Of a stretch of DNA of 36,766 nt, positions 18,958 to 30,330 are shown in pieces (position 1 is the stretch's first letter; each line of letters opens with the position of its first letter). A program made the translations under genes and the position numbers. Origin of the DNA: Octopus bimaculoides (taxonomy: Eukaryota). The stretch lies in contig NC_068985.1 of the NCBI RefSeq assembly GCF_001194135.2, positions 9,718,206 to 9,754,971 on the forward strand. Reading direction: 5' to 3'. Below the pieces are notes generated by a model. It made no database searches. It saw nothing but the letters and a program-made list of their open reading frames with translations, and was not told the origin of the DNA.

Positions 18958-20642
18958 ATCGAAAGTGGATTAAATGTGATGATTTAGATGGTCCAATATG
19001 TTCAGTGAACCTTGGTCTACCCCTTATACCCAAGCAGGAAATCCATTTAGTAATGTGGGAAAAACTGAAGTCGGATTCTCTTGAAACTGTAGCAGTTCCT
19101 AAAGTGAATTCAGTGTCTGCACTGACCAATCCACAGATGTTACCTGTCGTTACATCCGTCAGTGAATCTCCTTCGGCTTCTGCTTTACCAGTTGTAACTA
19201 TATCAGATGATTCTTGTTCATCACCTATACCGTCAACTTCATCTGTCACGTTGTCAACGACTGTGATGTCAATGACGCATAGTACTATATCATCGTCTGT
19301 CGGAACCGTTTTCAGCAGAACTACACCGTCAACTGGGGTTTCAGTTCTTGGTAATATAATGTCATCAATTGAAGCGCCAGTCTTTGGTGATGCTATGTCA
19401 TCGGCTGTTGTTCCGGTTCTCAGTGGTACCATACCATCGGCTGTTGTTCCAGTTCTCAGTGGTACCATCCCTTCAGCTGTAGTGCCAGTTCTCAGTGCTA
19501 CTGTACCATCAACTGTAGTTTCAGTTATTGGTAATACTGTGACATCAGAAGTCACACCGGCCCTCAATAGTACCGTTTCTCAACTGGTCAGTCCAGCTCT
19601 TTGTAGTACTATGTCGCAGCCAGTCATTTCTGCTCTGTGTAGTACTGTCTCACCATTGGTCACAGCAGGTCTTTGTAATACTGTATCACCATTGGTCACT
19701 CCAGCGCTTTATAGTACTGTCTCACCACCGGTCACTCCTGCTATTTGCAGTACTGTCTCATCACAAGTCGCACCAACTGTCAACACTACTGAATCGTCAG
19801 GAGCCCTCAGTACTGTTTCCCCAACTGTAGCACCAGTCCACAATATTATGCTATCGTCACTTGGGACTCCCATTTCCTGTGCTACGTTGTTATCAGTTGC
19901 AAATCCTGCCATTAACGGACCAATCTCAATCTCAGTAACACCGACATCAACAACACAACCACAGCCATCATCATCCACTGATGATTCGTTTATTATTCCC
20001 ATGTCTGTGTCACCAAGTGGATTAATTTCCTTATCGACCACTACGTCACCTTCTGAAGTTGTCTTCTCTTTGCCTGTTATGTCATCGACTCCGGACACTT
20101 TGCTTACACAATTGGTCAGTTCTGGGAAAGGGGGAAGCTCTTCTTCATTAACAAGTGCCTCACCAATTCTTAAGTCTGCACTTCTGAATAGTTCTCCATT
20201 ATTAGCTTCAGAAACACTAGTTTCTGCTGCTGGAAACTCCATACCTCCACATAATTCTGCTCCACTACCTACACGAGTTCTTTCAAATTCCAGTGAAACC
20301 CAAAGTTGTATAACCGGTTCTTTAACACCAGTCACTTCCAGTAACCAAGTAATTTATCCAGTTCAGATTGAACCCCCACTTTCCATGAACACAGCATGCG
20401 TTGTCCAAAACACACCGGTTGTTGTCAGACCAGGTCAGTCGGGGGATTTAAACCAAGTTGTCATACCAAATTGTAGTCAGATTCCTTGTTCCCCTATGGA
20501 AGTGAAACAAATAAGTTTTCAACCTTTGCCTATTTCTAAAGGGAATACAAAGACTTTACCGATCAAACTTGAAAGTGATGTCAATCACTTAAATAAATTA
20601 AAAGCTAATTTGGCTATGGTAAAGAGATTCAGGAAGTGGTAG
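18958..20642 (+). CDS. USPL1: USPL1 coding exon 5: catalytic Asp (WIKCDDL), EIHLVMWE, long Ser/Thr/Val/Pro repeat region, stop TAG
   Basis: Acceptor TTTCAG|18958, phase 1. KWIKCDDLDGP...EIHLVMWEK corresponds to USPL1 WLECDDLKGP...EIHIVIWER (Asp codon 18978-18980). Open 1.68 kb frame. The 3' end is less certain because donors ATG|GTAAAG (20619) and TG|GTAGGG (20639) also exist. Confidence 0.88.
19221..19928 (+). repeat. Coding 36-bp (12-aa) degenerate tandem repeat, about 20 units
   Basis: Examples: SAVVPVLSGTIP x2, SAVVPVLSATVP, QLVSPALCSTMS, PLVTPALYSTVS, PPVTPAICSTVS. Confidence 0.85.
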
Positions 20643-20837
20643 GGATATGGAATATCAGTTTCCACTTTCCAGTTTGTTATTGATATTCCTCTGTAAATTT
20701 TGTTTATAAATTCTTATTTCTTAAGTTATTGTCAGAATTCTCTACAGACTTTTTTTTCTCTAAGGAGAGAATTAAAGACCTAAACTGCCATCTGTGATTG
20801 CAAAAACTGAAAGAAAAAAATTAACTCCAGAATATGT

Positions 20838-20843
20838 AATAAA
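20838..20843 (+). terminator. Candidate USPL1 polyadenylation signal AATAAA
   Basis: About 200 nt after the stop and followed by a GT/T-rich tract. Confidence 0.35.
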
Positions 20844-21314
20844 GTTGTTATTATTATTATGCTTTATTTTGTTTGTTTTCAGAAAGGTACGGTTTGAACC
20901 GGGTACAGGCAACCCTTTTTTAAGAACTGGGCTACATTAAGTATTACTAGTGATCAGGTGGGCCAGACTACTAAAAATATTCAAGATAATTTTTCATTTA
21001 GGCATGCAATTCAGACGGTCAGGAGGTCTTGCAGGCTGCATCTTTTTTTCTTTTCTTCTGTTTGTTTGTTTGAGGATTGTAAAAGACACAGATGATGATG
21101 ATGATGATGCTGCATAAAAAGCAACCAGTATACTCTGCGAAGGTGTAACTTCTAGTCTTGTCAGCTCCTGTCCAACTCATGCCAGCATGGAAAATGGATG
21201 TTAAATGATGATGGTGAAGATGTTGAGCAGATCTGTGGTCAAAGACCTTCCACTTTTTATATTTGCATAGTCTTTCTAGAACTACATCACTCAATGTGCC
21301 TTTTTGTCTTCATG

Positions 21315-21776
21315 ATTGAACCAAATTCGATGACTGGCACCTGTGCCAGTAGAGCGCTAAGAGCACCGTCCGAGCGTGATCATTGCCAGAGCAGCTGTCT
21401 GGCTTCCATGCCAGTGGCATGTAAATAGCACCATTTGAGCATGATCGTTACCAGCGTCACCTTACTGACACGTGAAAAAAACATTCGAGTGAGGTCATTG
21501 CCAGTGCCGCTGGACTGGCTCCTGTGCAGGTGGCATGTAAAAAAACACCATTTTGAGCTTGTCGGTTGCCAGTACCGCCTGACTGTCTCCTGTGCCGGTG
21601 GCATGTAAAAGCACCCACTACACTCTCGGGGTGGTTAGCGTAAGGAAGGGCATCCAGCTGTAGAAACTCTGCCAGATCAGATTGGAGCCTAGTGCAGCCA
21701 TCTGGCTCGCCAGTCCTCAGTCAAATCGTCCAACCCATATTAACATGGAAAGCAGACGTTAAATGATGATGATGAA
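21315..21776 (+). mobile_element. SINE-like family B, full length; further + copies at about 21105-21213, 22232-22445 and 24536-24692
   Basis: Colinear with 15553-16021. Confidence 0.88.
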
Positions 21777-23170
21777 GATTGTAGTATGTGATCTAAGGGA
21801 GAATTTACCTGCTATTTCTAGCAAGCCAAGCAACCACTTGGTTGCCAGAGAAAGAAAAATGGATATCTGAAAGTAGACAAAATTCTCATAGCTGGAATGT
21901 GTTTGATTATAATTCTGTTCATCATAATAAAGCAACAACATGACTCTTTCAGTGTTGGAGACCAACATTGCACTCTTGAAATTTGAGTTTTCAGCCCAAT
22001 ATTTAAATGCTGTTATTTATAGCTCTATTGTGTGCTTCAAGATTCACTGTTCCAAAGAATAATTATTCTAAATATTCTTTTACAGTAAAGTTCCTCATCA
22101 TCTGCTATCGTATCTCAACTCTAAAGAAAGACTAAATTCATTTTCAACCTGTTACTACTGCCCCAAGTTCTTGCTTTGTTAAATTTCAAATGAATATAAG
22201 ATCTTTTATACAAGTGACAGTGTTATCATATGATGGATAACTTTGGCCATCGTAGGCATCCCATGCTGGTGCCATGTAAGAAGCCCCAAGTCCACTCTGT
22301 AAAGTGTGGCATTAGGATGAGCATCCAGCTGTAGAAACCCTGCCAAAACAAACATGGAGCCTGGTACAGCTCCCAGCCTTGCTTGCTCCTGTCAAACTGC
22401 CCAAGCCATGCTAGCATGAAAAGCAGACATAAATTGATGATGGTGATGAGGCATTATAAGACAATGTCATATATATATACAATTACAATCTTTTATCCAA
22501 TTACCCATGGTGGCAAAAGTCTAATTCCAAACTTATCCATCATATATATAATTAGTGATCTGGATATACTGGTGAAAGCCTTCTAAACTGCTGTGTTGGA
22601 CTCGAGAAAGCCTTTCTTATACATGTACATTGTTAAAAAACACAACTCAATCAGCAGCAGGTGAAGACAGCTCAGCTACATTAGTGGCATTGCTATTTTT
22701 GGCCATGCTGCTGATAGTTTTTTAAACATTATACTGTTGTAAGAGATTCTTTCTTAAGAAAAATACTGCAATTTAGAAGGCCTTTAACAGTATATGTGTT
22801 TAAACATTATCATACTGTGTTCCCAGTTTGGCAGAAATAACCTAACAGTAATCTCTACCTGATTCTCATTAAAGCAATAATGAATAACAGACATAGGGAA
22901 GAGGAGATAAAATACTAAGATTAGACAACCAATCACCTTGCAGCTTTGTAGTCATGTGTGTTTATGATTGTTAATGGCCTCCCTCATTGCTGTTGGTTAC
23001 TTTTGTTTCTAATGATAAAAATGGATTATTTTGCAATGAAATGGGCATGTGATGAACCTAGCACTTTCTGTGGTAAATAAGCAAGACTCTACAATTGAAA
23101 TTATTGATGATGTTTGTTCTTTGAATGGAGAGTTTAACCTCAGACAGGCAATGCGAGTGATTCAGACAAT

Positions 23171-23706
23171 CAGGAGTGGCTGTGTGGTAAGTAGCTTGCT
23201 TCCCAATCGGGTTCAATCAAACTATGTGACACTTTGGGCAAGTGTATTCTACTATAGCCTTGGGCCGACCAAAACCTTTTGAGTGGATTTGGTAGATGGA
23301 AACTGAAAGAAGCCCGTCATGTGTGTGTGTGTGTGTATGTTTGTGTGCCTGTGTTGGTCCCCGCCAACATCGCTTGACAACTGATGCTGGTGTGTTTACG
23401 TCCCCATAACATAGTGGTTTGGTGGGAAAAGAGACCGATAAAATAAGTACTAGGCTTACAGAGAATAAGTCCTGCAATGTTGGCGGGGACAAACACAGAC
23501 ACACAAACATATACACACATACATATATATATATATATACATATATACGACAGGCTTCTTTCAGTTTCCATCTACCAAATCCACTAACAAGGCTTTGGTT
23601 GACCCGAAGCTATAGTAGAAGACACTTGCCCAAGGTGCCACGCAGTGGGAATGAACCTGGAGCCATGTGGTTGGTAAGCAGGCTACTTACCCCACAGCCA
23701 CTCCTG
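23171..23706. repeat. Convergent inverted pair of SINE family A copies (+ 23171-23473, - 23474-23706)
   Basis: Head-to-microsatellite arms are reverse complements of each other. gtccccgccaacat (23357-23370) is mirrored at 23477-23490. Confidence 0.85.
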
Positions 23707-23930
23707 CACCTATAAGTATCACTTAAGTATTATAGTAAATATCTATAGTCACAAAAATAAATGCTATGAAACTACTACAGCTGTGGATGTTGTGTCTTTT
23801 GATAAAGGTAGAAAACCCAGTTTTAGACGGTCAAAGGAATGGTTGTTTAGACTCAAGTTGACTCTGATTGAGCTGACTTATAACTTGAGACATACCAACC
23901 ATGACCCGTCCATTTTGTTTTCCTTTTTAA

Positions 23931-24142
23931 CCCTTTTGTTACCAACCCGGCTGAAACCAGCTCTGGCTTTGTAGTACAAATGTCTTGTTTTCATAAGTTT
24001 TGAATTAAAATCTTCCCCCAAACCTTAGTCACAATTTATGTTTCTAACACTAGCTTAAAGATAACTAAGTTATTTTACTAAATTCTTTGTTACATTTAAA
24101 GTAATTGAAAGAGCATCTCAAAATAAATACAGTAATGAATGG
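23931..24142 (+). mobile_element. piggyBac-type MITE, family F
   Basis: TTAA at 23927-23930 and 24143-24146. Body matches 10835-11056. Confidence 0.85.
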
Positions 24143-24696
24143 TTAAGCATAGTATACTCAGGAATTAATCTAATGTGTTCTTCCTATCTTTTGACAGCAG
24201 GGAGTAGAATTAGTTGTTATTTCTAGCAGGTTGAGGACCCATATAGAGTAGGAGTCCACAACTACTGGGACTGGGATACTCAGAAAGAACAGGTTTTAAA
24301 GTTTTATTTCTATTTTATTAACTATTGCAGTTTGCAGGTGACTTTTGTATTATATATGTAATAATTAAATTATATATTACGCACATTATTGTGTTTTGTT
24401 ATGTGTGTAATAAGAGAAATTGTTTTGAATGTTTACAGTCTGTGATGCAAAAAAGTTGGAGGACTACTGATATACAAGGTCTTTTGAACAATTAAACCAC
24501 ATGGAAGCATGATTATTTCATAGACATTGATTTTGTGGTTGGCATTAGGAAGGGCATCCAGCTGTAGAAACTCTGCCAAATCAGATTGGAGCCTGGTGTA
24601 GCCATCTGGTTCACCAGTCCTCAGTCAAATCGTCCAACCCATGCTAGCATGGAAAGCGGACGTTAAACGATGATGATGATGATGATGATGATACAT

Positions 24697-25470
24697 ACTG
24701 GTGTCCCAGAAAGATTTACCTGTCATTTTTGTAATTGCCAGACTTAAGTATGAGGTAGGTGAAACATCTCTCTCTAAGACAGACCAGACAGGAAAGTCCC
24801 TTGGGTTGATGTCTGGGCTCGAAGGAGGCCAAAAGTTCTTGTCCCCAAAACTAAAAATACTCTCTGCACCATTTTTGCATAAAACTGGAGGTGTGGGCTG
24901 GGGCACTTTCCTGAGGGAAGACAAACCTGTTCCCAAAAGTTTCATTTAACCAAAGCAATACATTTTCTTCCAACATTTTGATGTAAACTGTGCTATGCAC
25001 ATTAACACCCTCGTAAATGAGGATCAAAGCTGACTCGGCTCCACCAGGTGCTACGACAGCCCACACCATAACCCCAACTGGTTTCTCATGATGAAAATGA
25101 GTTTGGCTTCCTTCAGGCAAGTTCTAAGCAACAACAGTGTACAGCCTGTCATTCTGTTTGTTTGTAACAGCATCCACAGTGAAGATCTTCTCATCGCTCC
25201 AAATGAAGACTTTGTTTGTAGCACTGTCCATCCTTGCTAACATCTTTTTCCCCCTGTTGATCATTTTTTCCTTCAAAGCTGCTGAAATTACTTGTCTGGG
25301 TTGCGTTTTATATGAGACCCTCTCTAGCAATCCTGTACATTGAGGATTTTAAAATATTAAGCTCCCTTGCCATTTTCCACATGCTTCGACAAGGATTCCT
25401 GTGAACTCTCTTTCTCACAGTATCTATCATAGGTTTGGTGCAAACAGTTCTTTTACACCCTGGAATTAGC
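24697..25470 (-). pseudogene. Decayed Tc1/mariner transposase, probably the maT (DD37D) family
   Basis: Frameshifted minus-strand pieces: VRKRVHRNPCRSMWKMARELNILKSSMYRIA (HTH), FIWSDEKIFTV..QNDR, VMVWAVV, FVFPQESAPAHTS, WPPSSPDINPRDFPVW. Spacing from the second catalytic position (E here) to the third D is about 37 aa if the frameshift is repaired. Confidence 0.85.
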
Positions 25471-25760
25471 TCATCATTTTCTCTCTGTAATTACTACTAA
25501 ACAATGACGAGAACACTAAAACAAACTATACATCTATCTTTACTTTGCATGCTTTACGATTTCATCACCTGCCCGTCGAGGTAAGGAATTGTATCGTGTA
25601 ACGAGTTAAAAATAAATATTTCCTTAAAACTTCATACATTGCTCATCTTTCACATCCTACAACATGCTGTTATAACAACAAATTGGTGACCACACTAACA
25701 AATAAATTCCAACCATTACATATATATATATATATGTATGTATATATTTATGTATATGCT

Positions 25761-25966
25761 GCATGGAAGGTGTTTATAAGCCATTTAAAAACACCCAAAA
25801 TCCTTTAGATTTGCTTCAACATTTAAATTTAATTTGCCAAAATATTTTGTTGCTTTGAGACCGCGACCTGTTCACTGACAAAATATTTTGGCAAATTAAA
25901 TTTAAATGTTGAAGCAAATCTAAAGGATTTTGGGTGTTTTAAATGGCTTATAAACACCTTCCATGC
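25761..25966. repeat. Near-perfect inverted repeat, 90/89-bp arms with a 27-nt loop
   Basis: 25761-25850 equals the reverse complement of 25878-25966 except for one A/T-run indel. Confidence 0.95.
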
Positions 25967-27567
25967 TGCAATTGTTTTTGTTTCAGCACACGATCTCAGA
26001 TCAGGTCACTTGCTATGCAAGTACATCTCCATAATATATTTATATGATTTTATAAAAAGCAGAGAGAAATGAAAAAAACTCACATTTAACAAGAGAGAAG
26101 CATTTGTTCGTGCAGCAGATATAAAAATAGTCCGAATAAGTTGCATAATCGATATTTATTTATACTATATTCCTGTACATATTGATTTTATTCTTTAAAA
26201 TAAAGTTTATAAAACAACAACAACAAAAATGTAATTGGAAAAGCAAATATCAAATAACAAAATATGGAGAGAAAAACTGATACAGACCCAAATTGTGGCA
26301 CCAGAATCAGAAAAATAGAAATAACAAAAAGCCATTTTTGTTTTTTTATAATTATATATACAGAGTTTATTTCGGAGGATAAGTTGGTTGATGTGCGCGC
26401 TGTTGAGCTCTAGATTAACTCTGAGCTTTTTTTAGACGTATTTAGGACTATATTATCATTGTCCAGTATCTGCTTCCCTTTTTAGTTAGAAGTGTGTAAA
26501 TTGAAAGAAATATAGTTGTCATTTCTAGCATTTCAAGTGGCCATGTTATAGTTAGTTCCCTTCCTTGCTTAACAAAACAACTGCTGCTGTTATTGATTAA
26601 CCCTACAACAACAACTTTGGTTGGGACAAATCTTTGATAAAAAGCAATCCAACCGTGACCATCCTGTCCCATCTTGTTTTAGGCATAATAGATCTTCGAC
26701 CACATTACTCTATATGCTTCTATTTAAAAATGTTAGGGTGTGATTTGAGGGAGATTTAACTGCTATTTCTAGATGATCTCTTGATAGTTCCCTGAGGGAA
26801 GGGTTGCTAATATTTTCTAATCTTTCTTTACTTGATTCAGTCATTGAATTGTGGCCATGCTGGAGTACTACCTTGAAGGGTTTATTTGAACATATTGACT
26901 CCAGGAATCAAATTTTTGAAGTCTGTCACTTATTCTATCATTTTTTTTTTTTTTTGCTAAACTGGTTGTCAAAGCAGTGGTGGGAGCCACACACATATAC
27001 CTATACACACACACATATACACATATATACATGCATACATATGCATATATGATGGGCTTCATCACAGTTTCCCCCAGCCAAATTCACTCACAAGGCATTT
27101 GTCCGGGGCTACAGTAGAAGGCACTTGACCCAGATGCCATGCTGTGGGACTGAACCCAAAACGCATGGTTACAAAGTGGGCTTCTTAACCACACAGCTAT
27201 GCCAGTGCTAAGAAAGAAAGAACAGTGTCTCTATAACAACGTGAAAATATATAAAGGAAATGAATAAATAAATGAAAGGTATGATTGTCAAACAACCATA
27301 GCATTGGGTTTTTGTTTAGTGTCCCGCATTCTGACAAATGTGTAAAAGGTATTTTACTGCGAGTGAGAGATGCTGACTCAACCACAGAGAAAAGTCAGAA
27401 CAAAGGCACAAGGAACGAGGTTTAAGTGAAACAGATCCACTTTGGAAACTGTATTGCTTGCAAACATTCAATCTGGAAGAGAAATAAAACTATCACTCAA
27501 CTTGTTATTCTTTGCTTTCTCAACGAGTAGAGCATCTCAGCTAACACCACTCAATAGTACTGCTTAA

Positions 27568-27957
27568 CCCTTTAGTGTTCAGATTACTCTGTTAAATATA
27601 ATACTTTTTCACTCAAATTGTTTTGAATTAATCATGCATTATCTTATAGCTTTGAAGTTTCAATGATGTAATTGTTTATTTTTAGAATGTCAATGTAGGT
27701 TTGGTGTGAGAGGCTAGATATCGCCAGGTTAAATATAAAACATGTAGAGTATCTGGGCCAGATATGACCGGTTTAAACCACCTGTTTTATGCTCAAGCCA
27801 GTCAGATCTGGCCTTTGTCATGTACCTTACAATGTCATTCTAAAAATAAGCAATCACATCATTTATATCTCAAAGCTTTGAGATGATGCATGATTAATTT
27901 AAAAAAATTTGAATAAATTAATATTTCATTTGATAGAACAATCTGAATGCCAAAGTG
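27568..27957. mobile_element. Inverted dimer of piggyBac-type MITE family E
   Basis: + copy 27568 to about 27778 followed by - copy about 27780-27957. Outer TTAA at 27564-27567 and 27958-27961. Confidence 0.75.
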
Positions 27958-28405
27958 TTAAACCACGACACTATTCAATAGGCACCATTCTACTGACGTG
28001 TAACTCAACAAAGTGTAGTAGTACTATTACTACAATATCATTGCTGTGTTACAGACTCTTCATCTCAGATTCTGTAACAGGATTGGGAATCATGAGAGAA
28101 CAAATGGTCAAGGTTAGAAACCCTCTCATGTATCATATTTTTCACCTCTTCTCTATCCGGTACCACCTGTAATTCTGTACCTTCCCTCCAGGAAAAACAC
28201 AGATGTCTATTTTACCTTCATACTGAAGATAGTAGGGAACACGACCAATCACCAAAGGTCGAAAGAGGATTAACTGTGTAAACCAGTCATTAATAAAATA
28301 TAAAAATATCTTTTTTTAAAATCTGATGAAAAGACAGAGAAAAATCATATTTAATGAGAGCGAAAAGGGGAGGAAAGAGAAAAAAAGAGAGATTGGAAAC
28401 ATTAA

Positions 28406-28665
28406 CCCATTACCTCCCATAATTCTATGAAACTTTGATTTCTAGCATAAAACAGCCTTAGAAACATGCTGGAATGATCAAAATAACATTTTAAATAGAA
28501 ATAAGCAAGATATTGGGTGAAAAATTAGCAAACCTCATTTGAATATCAGAGAAATATACCGAGTAGATATAGCAAAAAGGTTAGATATGTGTAAATATTG
28601 ACAGATAATTACGAAATTTGTAATTTTTTAAGTGATCTCATATGAGATCACTGGTAGGTAAGGGG
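28406..28665. mobile_element. piggyBac-type MITE, family G
   Basis: TTAA at 28402-05 and 28666-69. TIR CCCATTACCT / AGGTAAGGGG. Subterminal perfect palindrome at 28631-28652. Confidence 0.7.
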
Positions 28666-29499
28666 TTAAATGGAAGAGGAAAGAAGAAGAAGAAAAGATA
28701 GATGAATATTTTAACTTTGTTTAAAGAAATTTTGAGGAAAAATGGAAGAAACGGATGGATGTATAAGTTGTGGTGTAATTAATTTTTTCTGTTATAGGCA
28801 GAAGGCCTGAAATTTTAGGGGACCAGGCTAGTTGGTTATGTTGACCCCCAGTACATGGCGGGTACCTATTTCATTGACCCTGAAAGGACGAAAGACAAAG
28901 CTGAGCTCAGCAGGATTTGAACACAAGATGTAAAGACCAATGGAATGTCTCAAAGAATTTTTGTCCAATGTGTTAAGGATTCTGCCAGCTCGCTACCCTA
29001 AGTTTTGATACAATTAATAAAACACTAAAAGAGGTTTTCTTCTATTTTTATAATTATTGTTAATTAAATTTCAGCTACATACTTTTGATGAATTTATTTT
29101 TTAAAAAATCAATGATAAAATACCAAAAAAATCCTACTTATTGGGGTGACTCTGCATGGCTGTGGTTCAATGATTGAAACAAGGAAGAAAATAAAAGAGA
29201 CCAAATTTCAAAAAAAAAAAAAAAGAAAAAAAAGTAAAATACATAAAGAAGAAGAAACTAAAAATTCCGAAATTAAAGGGATATATTAGTTTTTGATATG
29301 ATTTCCTTCAGCCCTGATAAAGTAATCCTATGATGAATATTGTTCCATTTATGACCATCCCTTCAAGTTTTTAAACATAGAGCAACTAGTACTATGATAT
29401 CTAATGTGTCATTTCTTTTAGAGACAGTGAGGGTGCAATTTAAGGGAGATTTGGGTATTTCTGCTATTTCTAGTCTGTTGAGCAACCATAAAGGGGTTC

Positions 29500-29541
29500 T
29501 CTTATATATACATAATACAAATATATATGGTATACACTTAG

Positions 29542-29594
<53 letters not shown>

Positions 29595-29788
29595 ATATAT
29601 ATAATGTACGTGTGTATATACACACACACACACATATATATACAGGAATACATAGTACATAATAGTATTTATATAGTATATATGTACATACATACATACA
29701 CACACACACATATATATATATATTCACACGCACACACACACACACATATATACAAGAATACATAGTACATAATAGTATATATATAGTA

Positions 29789-29829
<41 letters not shown>

Positions 29830-30330
29830 TATATNNNNNNNNNNNNNNNNNNNNNNNNNNNNNNNNNNNNNNNNNNNNNNNNNNNNNNNNNNNNNNNNNN
29901 NNNNNNNNNNNNNNNNNNNNNNNNNNNNNNNNNNNNNNNNNNNNNNNNNNNNNNNNNNNNNNNNNNNNNNNNNNNNNNNNNNNNNNNNNNNNNNNNNNNN
30001 NNNNNNNNNNNNNNNNNNNNNNNNNNNNNNNNNNNNNNNNNNNNNNNNNNNNNNNNNNNNNNNNNNNNNNNNNNNNNNNNNNNNNNNNNNNNNNNNNNNN
30101 NNNNNNNNNNNNNNNNNNNNNNNNNNNNNNNNNNNNNNNNNNNNNNNNTATATATATATATATACATATATATATACATATATATATATATAAACACACA
30201 TTATATATTCATTGGTATATTTATAAATATATATGTGTATAGTGTGTGCAAATGTGTGTATATACGTATGTGTGTGTGTATATATATATATATATGTATA
30301 TACATATATACACAATACATGTATATTGTA
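29500..30330. repeat. Compound (TA)n/(CA)n microsatellite containing an assembly gap (29835-30148)
   Basis: Read directly. A unit of about 50 nt (atacaggaatacatagtacataatagtat...) is duplicated at about 29640 and 29750. Confidence 0.95.

Noticed and set aside
18944-20335. Two minus-strand ORFs of 207 and 208 aa
   Set aside because: Antisense shadows of the Ser/Thr-rich repeat exon, whose codon usage avoids antisense stops.
20883-20945. Additional USPL1 coding exon after the TTTCAG acceptor at 20882
   Set aside because: Every phase stops within 20 codons (TG|A forms a stop at the junction), and the sequence resembles a decayed hAT-type MITE end. Not supportable without RNA data.
22086-22182. 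Alternative terminal exon KVPHHLLSYLNSKERLNSF...
   Set aside because: The acceptor is plausible, but the peptide has no recognisable USPL1 similarity and the CDS is already full length.
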